DNA of 64,000 bases from Candidatus Eiseniibacteriota bacterium (GTDB lineage Bacteria > Eisenbacteria > RBG-16-71-46), in NCBI GenBank assembly GCA_963776245.1, contig CAVZLN010000008.1:214427-278426 (forward strand), written 5' to 3'. Shown piece by piece: positions 20,482 through 30,405 of the stretch; the stretch's first letter is position 1; each line of letters begins with the position of its first letter. The notes under the pieces were generated by a model that saw nothing but the letters and a program-made list of their open reading frames with translations, was not told the DNA's origin and did no database searches. A program made the position numbers and the translations under genes.

Positions 20482-21585
20482 TCAGCCGCGCCTCTTGTCC
20501 AGCAGCTCGCGGTACACCGTCTCGGTGTTCTCGGTGACCTTCTCCCACGAGTAGTTCTGCAGGATGTGGCCGCGCGCCCGGCTCTCGTACTGCTTCACCA
20601 GGTCGGGCTGCAGGATGAGCTGCTCGAGCTTCTCGCGCAGGTCCGCCACGTCCTTGTTGCGGAACGAGGGCGCCACGCCCTCGGCCACCTCGCGGTTCTC
20701 GGGGATGTCCGAGATCAGCACGCACCGTCCGTACGAGAGCGCCTCGAGCAGGGCGATCGAGAGCCCCTCCATGGTCGACGGCTGCACCACGCAGTAGGCG
20801 TTGCTCCAGAGCTCCTCGAGGCCTTCGCCGAACACGTAGTCGAGCAGCCGCACGCGCGGGCCCTCGTACTGCCGCAGCAGGCTCACGTAGTCCTGCGAGA
20901 ACGACATCCCTCCCACCAGCGCCAGCGTCATGTCGGTGTCGATCCGCTGGAACGCCTCGCACAGGTAGTGCACGCCCTTCTCCGGCACCAGGCGCCCGAC
21001 GAACAGCACGTACTTCCCGGGCGTGAGGCCCTGCTGGAGGATCTTCTTCGCCGGCCGCTGGACCGGCAGCGCGGTGCCATTGGGGATGAACACGGTCTCG
21101 CGGCGGTGATGCTCGCGGAAGTAGTCGCGCAGCGTCTTCGACACCACGATGGTGCGGTCGGGGAAGTTCACCGCCGGCCCCTCGCACTGGCGCAGCACCC
21201 ACTGGGCCGTCCGCCCCCACTTCTCGCGCTGCCAGTCGAGGCCGTGCACGGTCACCACCGTCTTCGCGCCGCGCAGCCGCGGCAGACCGGCGAACAGCGA
21301 CGGCCCGAGCGCGTGGAAGTGCACCACGTCGTACCCGCGCAGGGTGGCCTCGAGCGTGCTCCACGCCACGTGGGTGGCGGTATCGAGGTGCTTGGTATGG
21401 ATGCTGGGCCGCCGCAGCAGGCGCACGCCCTCCATGCGGGCATCCGCGGGGGTGTAGTACAGCCGGCAGTACACCGAGAGGTCGTGGCCGCGCGCGGCGA
21501 GGCGCCGCGTGATCTCCTCGACGTGCCGCTCGATGCCGCCGTAGGTCGCGGGCACGCCCTTCTGGCCGATCATCGCGATCCTCAT
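20482..21585 (-). CDS. Glycosyltransferase family 4 (GT-B)
   Basis: 367 aa. Contains the FVGRLVPEKGV and EGLSIALLEALSYGRCVLISD EX7E-type motifs. Confidence 0.85.
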   Translation of the reverse strand: MRIAMIGQKGVPATYGGIERHVEEITRRLAARGHDLSVYCRLYYTPADARMEGVRLLRRPSIHTKHLDTATHVAWSTLEATLRGYDVVHFHALGPSLFAGLPRLRGAKTVVTVHGLDWQREKWGRTAQWVLRQCEGPAVNFPDRTIVVSKTLRDYFREHHRRETVFIPNGTALPVQRPAKKILQQGLTPGKYVLFVGRLVPEKGVHYLCEAFQRIDTDMTLALVGGMSFSQDYVSLLRQYEGPRVRLLDYVFGEGLEELWSNAYCVVQPSTMEGLSIALLEALSYGRCVLISDIPENREVAEGVAPSFRNKDVADLREKLEQLILQPDLVKQYESRARGHILQNYSWEKVTENTETVYRELLDKRRG

Positions 21586-21628
21586 GCCCGCCCTCCCTTG
21601 GGGTCCGCACCGCGCGCGGCGCTGGGGA

Positions 21629-22609
21629 TCAGCATGGCGCGCCCCCCGCCGTCACGGCACGCGTCGCGCGCACGCGGAAGAAGCCGACCACCAGCCCGGC
21701 GCCGTGCAGCGTCCAGGCGAGCAGCGAGAGGAACCCGAGGCGGAGGCTCGCCTTGCGCACGCTCATCAGGGCCCACACGCCGAACGGCATCAGCGCCCCG
21801 AGCGCCAGCAGGCCGGCGTCCCGGCGCGCGAGGGCGATCGCCGACGCGGGCAGCGCGAGCAGCCACAGCGCGAGCGTGCCGAGGTAGAGCGACTGGCGCC
21901 GCAACAGGCGGCCGAAGCCCGGGCGGCCGAGATACACGCGCAGCGCCTGCCCCTGTCCGAAGCACAGGCCGGTGCGCCAGCGCCGCCCCAGCTCCGCGAG
22001 CGACGGGCGCGGCGCGCTCCAGTGACGCGCGGCGAGCGGCGCGATGGCACGCAGTTCCAGCCTGGCGCGCGCGAACCTCAGGCCGAGCTCGAAGTCCTCC
22101 TCCGAGTTCAGGCGGGCGTCGTATCCCCCCACCGCGAGCAGCGCCGCGCGCCGGTAGAACGAGAGCGTCGCGGTGTACTCGGACGGATGGTCGCCGTCGC
22201 CGACCCGGTACAGATCGTGGCTGCCGGCGCGCTCGCCCGCGGCGTCCACGAACCACTCCTCGATGCGCCCCCACAGCCCGCCGATCGCCGGCTCGCCGGC
22301 GATCACCGCCGACGCGCGCGCGATCCACGCCGCTTCGACCTCGACGTCGGCGTCCACGAACAGCACCCAGTCCCCGTCGCACGCCGAGCAGCCGAGCATG
22401 CGCGCGGCGCCGGGGGTGAGCGGCTGCCCGACCGGCGGGGCGAGCACCGTCCAGCGCGACGAGAGCGCCGGCAGCGGTGCGGGATCGGGCGCGGAGCGCA
22501 CCAGCACCCCGCTCCAGTCGCGGCCCGTGAGCGCGCCCTCGAGCGCGGCCACGGTGCGCGGCAGGAAGCGCTCCTGGCGGTAGCACGGGATCACCACGCC
22601 GATCCTCAT
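21629..22609 (-). CDS. Glycosyltransferase family 2 with C-terminal TM helices
   Basis: MRIGVVIPCYRQERFLPRTVAALEG shows a GT2 N-terminus. A VDADVEV DxD-type motif is present, followed by hydrophobic C-terminal helices. Confidence 0.75.
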   Translation of the reverse strand: MRIGVVIPCYRQERFLPRTVAALEGALTGRDWSGVLVRSAPDPAPLPALSSRWTVLAPPVGQPLTPGAARMLGCSACDGDWVLFVDADVEVEAAWIARASAVIAGEPAIGGLWGRIEEWFVDAAGERAGSHDLYRVGDGDHPSEYTATLSFYRRAALLAVGGYDARLNSEEDFELGLRFARARLELRAIAPLAARHWSAPRPSLAELGRRWRTGLCFGQGQALRVYLGRPGFGRLLRRQSLYLGTLALWLLALPASAIALARRDAGLLALGALMPFGVWALMSVRKASLRLGFLSLLAWTLHGAGLVVGFFRVRATRAVTAGGAPC

Positions 22610-23767
22610 GACCGCCCCCGCGCCGCGTTCGCTCCGGCGAACGTGGCGAGCCCGAGCACCTCGTCGTACACCGATTCGAACGTCTCGACCACGCGGGACC
22701 AGGTGTAGTGCTCGCGCACCCGGTGCGCGCCGTCGCGGCCCATCCGCAGGGCGGCGTCAGGACGGCGATGGAACGCTTCGAGCGCTTCCGCCAGCGCGTG
22801 CGCGTCCCCGGCCGGCACCAGCCGCCCGTGCACCCCGTCCTCGATCACCTCGGGCACCCCCCCGACCGCGCTCGCGATGGTCGGGCGGGCGCGCACCAGT
22901 CCCTCGAGCAGGCTGAGCGGCAGTCCTTCCCAGCGCGAGGGCAGCACCACGGCGTCGGCGGCGGTGAGCAGCGGGCCGATGTCGTCCACCTGCCCCAGGA
23001 AGCGCACCCGCGCGGCCACGCCCAGCTCCCGGGCCCGCGCCTCGAGCGCCGCGCGGCGGCTCCCCTCGCCCGCGAACGCCGCCACGAACTCGAGGCCGTG
23101 GCCCTGCACCCGGGCGAGCGCCTCGAGCAGCACGTCGTGGCCCTTCTGCGCCTCGAGCCGCGCCACGCACACCCACAGCGGGCGCAGCGGCCCGGCGCCG
23201 AGTCGCTCGCGCAGCGCCCGCGCCGGCACCCACTCGGCCATCTCGTCGGGCAGGTCGGCGCCGTTGGGCACGATGCGGATGCGCTCCCGCGCGAGTCCAT
23301 GGTCGCGCACCAGCGTGTCGGCGACCGCGCCGCACACCGCGGTCACCGCGCCGGCGTGGGCCAGCTCGCGGTAGCGGAGCGTGTCCGGCGACGACGGGTG
23401 GGCGGGGCCGGTGACGTGCTCGGTCACCACCAGGTGGGGGACGCCGGCGAGGCCGGCGAGCGCCGAGAGGTAGCGGTCCGCCGCGGGCCAGACGTGGTGC
23501 ACGTGGAGCAGGTGCGGACCGGCGCGGCGCAGGCGCCGCCAGGTGTCGAGCATGCCCTTCCAGTCCCAGCGCGAGTCCACCTCGGGCACCCGGTCCACCG
23601 GGATGTCGCGCGCCGCGAGCGCTCCCGCCAGCTCGTCCACGCCGGGCGCGGTCGCGAGCCACACCCGCACGTCGAAGCGGGCGCGCGGCAGACGCGTGGC
23701 CAGCTCCCAGACGACCCTTTCGGTGCCGCCCACGGAAGTGCCGCTCTCGGCGAGCACCACGCTCACG
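22606..23767 (-). CDS. Glycosyltransferase family 4
   Basis: GT4 motifs (VARLEAQKGHDVL and LPSRWEGLPLSLLEGLVRARPTIASAVGGVPEVIEDGVHGRL). The GTG start at 23765-23767 overlaps the upstream stop (GTGA). The stop overlaps the downstream GT2 start (ATGA at 22606-22609). Confidence 0.8.
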
Positions 23768-24977
23768 CGTGCTTCGGAGGTCCGCATAGCCGGTCGTAGG
23801 CCTCGAGCAACTGGACCTTGCTGAACTCCCATGCCATCGATTCGATGAAACGCTTCCGGTTGTAGGCACCCATGCGCGCGCGGCGGTCGGGATCGTCGAG
23901 CAACTCGACGATGCGCTCCGCCATGTCGGCCACCTGATTGGGGCGGGCGTACAGCGCGCCCTCACCCGCCGAGAAGCGGTGCTCGCGCAGGTCGTAGCAC
24001 ACGATCGGCCGGGCGCACGCCATGTACTCCAGGATCTTGTTCATGGTCGAGATGTCGTTGAGCGGATTGAGCGGGTCCGGCGACACGCACACGTCGGCGG
24101 TGGTCAACACGCGCTCGACATCGGCGTCGGGGATGCGGCCGGTGAACTCGACGAACGGCTCGAGCCCGAGCTCCCGGGTGAGCCGCCGCAGGTCCTCGAA
24201 CGAGTCGCCGCCGCCCACCAGCGTGAACGACACGTCGTGGCGCCCGAGGTCCTTCACCACGTGGCGTGCCGCGCGCAGCAGGTGGTCGACGCCGTCCTGC
24301 GGCGCCATCACACCGAGGTAGGCGACCAGGAAGGTCCGCCCGCGGCGGAGCGCGGGGTCGGGCGCCCGCCCGGCCGCGAAGCGCTCGCGGCTCGGGCCGC
24401 TGCGCACCACGACCACGCGGTGGCCGGGCACCCGCCCGCGGGTCATCGCCACCTCGCGGTAGGACTCGTTGGTCGAGATCACCAGGTCCGCGGTCGCGAA
24501 CTGCAGGCGCTCGAGCAGCCGCAGCGCGCGGTGGAGCGGATCGCCCTCGCGCTGCGACCCGAAGCGCGCTACGTAGAGCTCGGGGCACAGGTCATGGTGA
24601 TCGAACACGAAGCGCTTCCCGAACAGCTTGAACGGGGCGGCGATGGCCCAGAAGGTGTCGGGCGGATTGGCGGCGTGGATGACGTCGAAGCCGCGACGCG
24701 CCAGCACCACGAACGTCAGGCGCAGGGTCTGGAGCCAGCAGTAGAGGAACTCCCAGGCGTAGGACATGAACCCGCGCGCGGGCGGAGGCGCCGGGTAGCG
24801 CCAGATGTGGATGTCGTCGATCACCTCGTGGGCGCGGGTCCACTGCTCGCCCTTCGGGCAGATCGCCGACACCTCGAAGCCGCCGGCGCGGAGCGCGTTG
24901 AGCTCCATCCACACGCGGCGGTCGAATGGCAGCGGGAGGTTCTCCGAGAGGTGGAGGACCCTACCACGCGAGGCCAT
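23763..24977 (-). CDS. Glycosyltransferase family 4 (WbuB-like)
   Basis: 404 aa. Contains YLGVMAPQDGVDHLLRAA and VSPDPLNPLNDISTMNKILEYMACARPIVCYD. Confidence 0.8.
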   Translation of the reverse strand: MASRGRVLHLSENLPLPFDRRVWMELNALRAGGFEVSAICPKGEQWTRAHEVIDDIHIWRYPAPPPARGFMSYAWEFLYCWLQTLRLTFVVLARRGFDVIHAANPPDTFWAIAAPFKLFGKRFVFDHHDLCPELYVARFGSQREGDPLHRALRLLERLQFATADLVISTNESYREVAMTRGRVPGHRVVVVRSGPSRERFAAGRAPDPALRRGRTFLVAYLGVMAPQDGVDHLLRAARHVVKDLGRHDVSFTLVGGGDSFEDLRRLTRELGLEPFVEFTGRIPDADVERVLTTADVCVSPDPLNPLNDISTMNKILEYMACARPIVCYDLREHRFSAGEGALYARPNQVADMAERIVELLDDPDRRARMGAYNRKRFIESMAWEFSKVQLLEAYDRLCGPPKHA

Positions 24978-26285
24978 GGTACTCCCCGGCGGACACGCTG
25001 GACGGATCGACGGCGTGCACCAGGTCCACCAGCACCTGGCCGGGCTTCAGCATCCGGCCCACGTCCCGGTACTCCGGCGAGCCGTTCGCCACCACCACCA
25101 CCTCGCTCTGGTCCACCACCTCGCGCACCGTCGCGCGCAGCCGGTCGGGCAGGTAGGGCACCTCGTCCTCGACGAAACGGCGGTTGGCGCCGAGCACCCG
25201 TTCCATGTCCACGTTGGGGTCGTGGAGCGACAGGGTGTAGCCCTTGCCGACCAGCGTCCCGATGACGCGCAGGATGGGGCTCTCGCGCAGGTCGTCGGTC
25301 CCGGCCTTGAACGACAGGCCGAGCACGCCCACCTTGCGCAGCTTGAATCGTTCGATCATCGCGATCGCGGCCTCGACGTGGACGTCGTTGGAGCGCATCA
25401 CCGAGTAGAGCAGCGGCAGATCGAGCTGGCCCTGCCGGCCCGCGCGCGCTCAGGGCGCGCACGTCCTTGGGCAGGCACGAGCCGCCGAAGGCGAACCCCG
25501 GCTTGAAGTAGTACGCGCTGAGGTTGAGACGCGTGTCCTTGCAGAACAGGCGCATCACCTCGTGGCTGTCGACGCCCTCGCGCTTGGCCCAGCGGCCGAC
25601 CTCGTTGGCGAACGCGACCTTGAGCGCGTGGAACGTGTTGTTCACGTACTTGAGCGTCTCGGCGGTGCGGATGGGGGTCACCAGCATCTCGCCCCCGACA
25701 TCGCCGTACATGTCCCGCATGACCTGCGCGCTCCGCGCGTCGCCCGCGCCGAGCACGGTGTACTCGGCGCCGAAGAAGTCGGCGACCGCGCTCCCCTCGC
25801 GCAGGAACTCGGGGTTGTAGCCGACGCCGAAGTCCACGCCCGCCCGCTTGCCCGACGCGCTGCTCGAGCACCGGCGTGAGCTCCCGCTCGACGCTGCCCG
25901 GCAGCATGGTGCTGCGCTGCACCACCACCGTCCAGCGGCCACTGGCGGCGATCGCCCACCCGACCTCGGAGCAGGCGCGCTTCACGTGGTCCAGGTTCAG
26001 GCTGCCGTCCTCGGCGCTCGGGGTGCCGACGCACACCAGCACGATGTCGGCCTCCCGCATCGCCTCCGCGATGCGCGTCGTGGCGCGCAGCCGCCCGGCG
26101 TCGCGCGACGAGCGGATGAGATCCGCGAGGCCGTTCTCGACGATCGGGCTCTCGCCGCGCTCGATGCAGTCCACCTTGTAGGCGTTGGTGTCCACGCCCG
26201 TGACCGAGTGCCCGCGGGTGGCGAGACAGGCCGAGCACACCGAACCCACGTAACCCAAACCGACCACCACGACGTTCATGTCCAT
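24961..26285 (-). pseudogene. ugd: UDP-glucose/GDP-mannose 6-dehydrogenase, split by 2 frameshifts
   Basis: N-terminal frame gives MDMNVVVVGLGYVGSVCSACLATRGHSVTGVD. The middle frame gives DFGVGYNPEFLREGSAVADF...FGGSCLPKDV. The C-terminal frame gives GLSFKAGTDDLRESP...AGEYHGLAW. The shifts lie near 25810-25840 and 25390-25400. Confidence 0.75.
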
Positions 26286-26293
26286 CCTCTCGG

Positions 26294-27799
26294 CTATCGC
26301 GCGGCGCGACCCCGCGGGGTCTCCTGCGCCAGCCGCAGCCTCAGGTGCCAGAGACGGACGCCGTTCAGCGCGAAGCGCTCAGCGTCCGGGTAGAGTGTAT
26401 CGAATCGGCGCGCGAAGGCGCCGGACGGATCCAGGTCCTCGGTACGGCTCGCCACCACCCACACCCCGCCCGCGCCCTCCATCGCCTCGCCCATCATCCG
26501 GTCGAGGCGCTCCGGGTGCCCGATCAGCCCGAGCCACACGGCGGCCGCCGGGAGCGGACCGCGATAGTAATACGCGAGCGGGTCCTCGGTGTTAATCGAG
26601 ATGATCCGCTCGTCTGCCGAGGCCCGCGCGCGCAGGATCGCGGCCGCGCCCCGGTAGTCCTCCTTGCCGTAGCGCGGATCCCAGTAGTGGTGGACGAGCG
26701 AGAGCGCCCAGAGCGCCGCCACCGCGCCGCCCAGGACCCGCCTCGTCCCCACCCGGGCATCGGCCAGCCCGGCCGCCAGCACCAGCAGGAACGCCGGCAT
26801 CGCCACCATCAGGTAGCGTGGATTGAACACTTTGAAGTTCGATGCCGCCATCCACGACAGCAGGGCCGCTGGCGCCGCCATCCACAGCCACGCATCGAAG
26901 GTCCGGCCGCGTCGCGCCACCGCCCGCAGGCCGAGCAGCCCGAGCGTTCCGAACACCAGCGCCACCACTGCGATGCCGGGCGCGTGGCGCGCGACCGTGG
27001 CCAGACCGGCGTCGGCTCGCAGCTCGCGCAGCGAGGGCCCGAGCGTGTACCCGACCGCGAACGCGTGGAGCGCGAACGGCAGCGCCGCGGCGTGGAAGGT
27101 CGTGGACCCGCGCAGCGCAAGCTCGTCCGGGGCCGGCACCCGCCCCGGGCTCAGCCGCGCCCAGTCCCAGGTGCGCGACAACTGGGGCAGGAACGGCAGG
27201 CCGACGAGCGCGAGCAGCGCGAGCACACCGGCGAGCAGCGCCAGCCGCCGCGCGCGCCCCGCGGCTCCACCCCACCACCACCAGGCGTGCACCGGCACCA
27301 CGAACAGGAAGGTCCAGTTGGAGAGCAGCCCGCCGGCGGCGGCCGCGGCGTAGCCCAGCACGGTGCGGGTCCGCGGGGCCCGGGCGAGCCCGAGCAGCGT
27401 CCCCGCGGACAGCACGGTGCAGAGCGCCAGCAGCGCGTAGTTGCGCGACTCCTGCGAGTACCACACCAGGAACGGGGAGCCTGCGGTCAGCCAGGCCGCC
27501 GGCAGGGCGGTCTCGCGCCCGAGCCAGCGCCCGGCGAGCCACGCCATGGCCGGCACGGTGGCGATGCCGAACAGCGCCGAGGGCAGGCGCATCGCCCACT
27601 CCGAGTCGCCCGCCACGCGGGTCCAGGCATGCACGATCACGCTGAAGAGCGGGCCGTGGAGCTCGTGGACCAGGTCGGCGAAGAGGAACGGACGGCCGAC
27701 GCTGGCGTTCACCCAGGTGAGCACCTCGTCGATCCACAGACTCTGCGAACCGAGGCGGAACAGGCGCAGCGCCGCCGCCACCAGGATGGCGGCAGCCAA
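26294..27799 (-). CDS. GT-C membrane glycosyltransferase, GT39/83 (PMT/ArnT-like) family
   Basis: 501 aa. The N-terminus ALRLFRLGSQSLWIDEVLTWVNAS matches the PMT_2 signature. There are many TM helices and a C-terminal soluble domain. Confidence 0.75.
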   Translation of the reverse strand: MAAAILVAAALRLFRLGSQSLWIDEVLTWVNASVGRPFLFADLVHELHGPLFSVIVHAWTRVAGDSEWAMRLPSALFGIATVPAMAWLAGRWLGRETALPAAWLTAGSPFLVWYSQESRNYALLALCTVLSAGTLLGLARAPRTRTVLGYAAAAAGGLLSNWTFLFVVPVHAWWWWGGAAGRARRLALLAGVLALLALVGLPFLPQLSRTWDWARLSPGRVPAPDELALRGSTTFHAAALPFALHAFAVGYTLGPSLRELRADAGLATVARHAPGIAVVALVFGTLGLLGLRAVARRGRTFDAWLWMAAPAALLSWMAASNFKVFNPRYLMVAMPAFLLVLAAGLADARVGTRRVLGGAVAALWALSLVHHYWDPRYGKEDYRGAAAILRARASADERIISINTEDPLAYYYRGPLPAAAVWLGLIGHPERLDRMMGEAMEGAGGVWVVASRTEDLDPSGAFARRFDTLYPDAERFALNGVRLWHLRLRLAQETPRGRAAR

Positions 27800-28034
27800 C
27801 CAGCGGTGGAAGACCGGATCAGGGGTGGAAGGCAGGGAGGTCGGATGGCGGTCCGGGCGGGCGTCCGATGGGTCTCGCGTCGCGGCTCTCCCGACCGGGC
27901 GGTGTCGGAGTGCCCGATCGCGGCGTCAGGTTGGGTCGCTTCTCGATGCGGCGCGCCCCATGTCGCGACGCGCTCGCCGCTCCTTCGCCGGCACCGCCGG
28001 CGCGGGCCACCGTACCCGGAACTCCCTCCGCCGC

Positions 28035-28982
28035 CTAGTAGGCACCCTCGCGGGAGATCACGGCGGGGATGGTGCGAAGCAGGATCTTGAGGTCCATCGC
28101 GAAGGAGCGGTTCCGGATGTACTCGAGGTCGAGCCGCATCCATTCCTGGAAACCGATGCGGCTGCGTCCGCTGATCTGCCACAGGCAGGTGATGCCGGGG
28201 GCGACATCGAGCCGGTGCATCTGCCACGGCTCGTACTTCGCGACTTCCTCCGGGATCGGAGGACGCGGCCCCACCAGGCTCATCTCGCCCCGCAGCACGT
28301 TGATGAACTGGGGGATCTCGTCGACCGAGGTCCGTCGCAGCAGCCGGCCGATGCGCGTCACGCGCGGGTCCTGGCTGATCTTGAACACCGGGCCATCGCA
28401 CTCGTTGAGGTGGGCGACGCGGTGCCGCATGTGCTCGGCGTCGTTCACCATCGAGCGCAGCTTGAAGAAGATGAACGGTCGTCCGCCGCGCCCGATGCGG
28501 GTCGAGCGGTAGATGACCGGACCGCGCGATTCGAGCTTGATGAGGAGGGCCGCGATCGCGAGCACCGGCAGGGCGAAGCCCAGTGCCACCAGCGCGCCGA
28601 GCAGGTCGAGCGCCCGCTTGCCGCTCCGCAGGTAGAAGCCCTCGGTGCGCGCCGGGGCGCCGGGAAGCAGGTCGAGAGCGGCCGCGGGAGGCCCGGCGAG
28701 CACGAGCGTGGGACGGACGTGGCCGTTGTGATGACCGTTCGTCCCGCCGTTCGCGTGGACGGCACGATGGAGCGCGCCCGCGGCATGGCCGTTGGCGTGT
28801 CCGCGAGCGTCACCGTTCGTGGCGGGCTCGGCCGTGACCGCGGGCGTGGACACCGGGCTGGCAGTCGCGCTGGCGCTCATGTTCTCCACGGAAAGATCGA
28901 GGACCGAATGGTCCCACCCAGCGGTCTGATCGGGACCGCCGGACAATCGCGGACTGGGCTTCGCGAGGATGTCGGGCTCCAT
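28035..28982 (-). CDS. Priming polyprenyl-phosphate sugar-phosphate transferase (bacterial sugar transferase, WbaP/EpsL/PssY-like)
   Basis: C-terminal catalytic domain LLIKLESRGPVIYRSTRIGRGGRPFIFFKLRSMV...GPRPPIPEEVAKYEPWQMHRLDVAPGITCLWQISGRS. The N-terminus has an unusual His/Asn/Gly-rich stretch. Confidence 0.9.
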   Translation of the reverse strand: MEPDILAKPSPRLSGGPDQTAGWDHSVLDLSVENMSASATASPVSTPAVTAEPATNGDARGHANGHAAGALHRAVHANGGTNGHHNGHVRPTLVLAGPPAAALDLLPGAPARTEGFYLRSGKRALDLLGALVALGFALPVLAIAALLIKLESRGPVIYRSTRIGRGGRPFIFFKLRSMVNDAEHMRHRVAHLNECDGPVFKISQDPRVTRIGRLLRRTSVDEIPQFINVLRGEMSLVGPRPPIPEEVAKYEPWQMHRLDVAPGITCLWQISGRSRIGFQEWMRLDLEYIRNRSFAMDLKILLRTIPAVISREGAY

Positions 28983-29455
28983 GACGCCGATCTCTAGTTG
29001 AGTCGCCCGAAAATAATGCCGAAGGGAACGCTTCAGTCCCTTCGGCTCAAAGCTCTCGCTTCATCCGTTCGAACTGGGTCGAGGACTTGTCGAGCACGAG
29101 CGACGGGGGAAACACCAAGATGTCGATCCTCGGATGCTGTTCCCGGCTTGTGGCCGGTCGACCAGCCCACGCTTCCCGCGTGGAACCGGCCTGCTTGGCT
29201 CGTTTGTACGGGTACCCAGTTAGCGAAGTCCCAGAGGCGATCTCCTCCGTTGCCGGCGCGAACTGCTTCTTGCGGCTGCAAAGACATTAGCAAAACCATG
29301 ACAGCCGAATCAAGCACTGGATTCGGCGGTCCCTCCGGCCGAATCCTCCCCCGGGGCGGGGCCCGGCGGGCCGTGCTAGAGTCGGTCCCGGCGGTCTCGG
29401 TCGGCCCCCCCTTCCCCAGTCCAAGTCGCACCCCCCAGACCCGGCAGGAGGTCTC
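28983..29455. promoter_or_regulatory. Long (about 470 bp) divergent intergenic control region between two EPS operons, with two strong hairpins
   Basis: GC content is visibly lower than in the flanks. Hairpin ccgaaggga-N9-tcccttcgg lies at 29025-29051. Hairpin ggattcggc-N10-gccgaatcc lies at 29322-29349. A C-rich tract runs 29400-29440 before the GGAGGT ribosome-binding site and TTG start of the plus operon. Confidence 0.4.
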
Positions 29456-30223
29456 TTGAGCAGCCTCTGGCTCGCCCTTCCCGCGTACAACGAGGAGAAG
29501 TCCCTTCCCGCGCTGCTCGAGCGCTGCGTCCCGGTGGCCAAGGCGCTGGAGGCCAGCGGCCTGCGGCTTTCGGTCATCGTGGTCGACGACGGCAGCAAGG
29601 ACGGGACGATCGCCGCGGCCAGGGCCTTCGAGGGTCGGCTCGCGATCGAGGTCGTCCCGCATGTCGTGAATCAGGGCCTCGGGGCCGCGCTGCGCACCTG
29701 CCTGAGATCCGCCCTGGAGCGGGCCGGGGACGGCGATGCCATCGCCACCATGGACGCCGACAACACCCACGATCCCGCGCTGCTGGTGGAGATGCACCGC
29801 AGGCTGCTCGGGGCTCCGGCCGATCTCGTCATCGCCTCCCGGTACACCCCGGGCGGGGACGAGGTCGGGCTCACCCCGCTCCGCAAGGTGCTTTCGCGCG
29901 GCGCGTCGTTCCTGCTCACCCTGGTGGCGCCGGTGCACGGCGCGCGCGACTACACCTGCGGCTTCCGGCTCTACCGCGAGTCGCTGCTGCGCAGCGCGGC
30001 GCGGGCGTGGGGCGAGCGGCTGGTCGAGGAGGCCGGGTTCACCTGCATGGCCGAGGTCCTGCTCAAGCTCGGTCGCGGCGGGGCCCGTGTGACCGAGGCG
30101 CCGCTGGTGCTCCGCTACGATCTCAAGGAGGGCGCCAGCAAGATGAAGATCATGCGCACCATCACCCGGTATTTCGCCCTGGCGTGGCGCATCCGCAGCG
30201 GACCGCTGCCCCGCCTCGCGTGA
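29456..30223 (+). CDS. GT2 polyprenyl-phosphate glycosyltransferase (DPM1/GtrB-like)
   Basis: TTG start after a GGAGGT ribosome-binding site. Translation LALPAYNEEKSLPALLERC...VIVVDDGSKDGT...ATMDADNTHDP matches DPM1-like enzymes. The protein is soluble, with no TM tail. Confidence 0.8.
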   Translation: MSSLWLALPAYNEEKSLPALLERCVPVAKALEASGLRLSVIVVDDGSKDGTIAAARAFEGRLAIEVVPHVVNQGLGAALRTCLRSALERAGDGDAIATMDADNTHDPALLVEMHRRLLGAPADLVIASRYTPGGDEVGLTPLRKVLSRGASFLLTLVAPVHGARDYTCGFRLYRESLLRSAARAWGERLVEEAGFTCMAEVLLKLGRGGARVTEAPLVLRYDLKEGASKMKIMRTITRYFALAWRIRSGPLPRLA

Positions 30224-30295
30224 CGCCCGACGCCCGGCGGCGATGCATCCCGCACGACCGCGAAGATTCTGCAACGCGTTGTGGCCCAGCCGACT

Positions 30296-30330
30296 CTTGC
30301 CACGGCTGACAGGCCGCTGATAGTCTTTTC
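30296..30330 (+). promoter_or_regulatory. Candidate sigma70-like promoter (TTGCCA-N17/18-TAGTCT) upstream of the second DPM1-like gene
   Basis: ttgccacggctgacaggccgctgatagtct lies in the 180-bp gap between the two GT2 genes. This rests on pattern only. Confidence 0.25.
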
Positions 30331-30405
30331 AAGCCCCTGCAAGGGCGGCCCGCCCGGCACTCCGGGCGGCCAGCCCTCGACCCACCCCGGAACCCCTGCT
30401 CCCCC

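Noticed and set aside
28998-29598. ORFs 28998..29459 (plus), 29087..29290 (plus) and 29287..29598 (minus) inside the long intergenic region
   Set aside because: Non-protein-like composition (Ser/Arg/Pro-rich, no hydrophobic core or motifs). They overlap the ribosome-binding site and start of the downstream GT2. The region is more plausibly regulatory.
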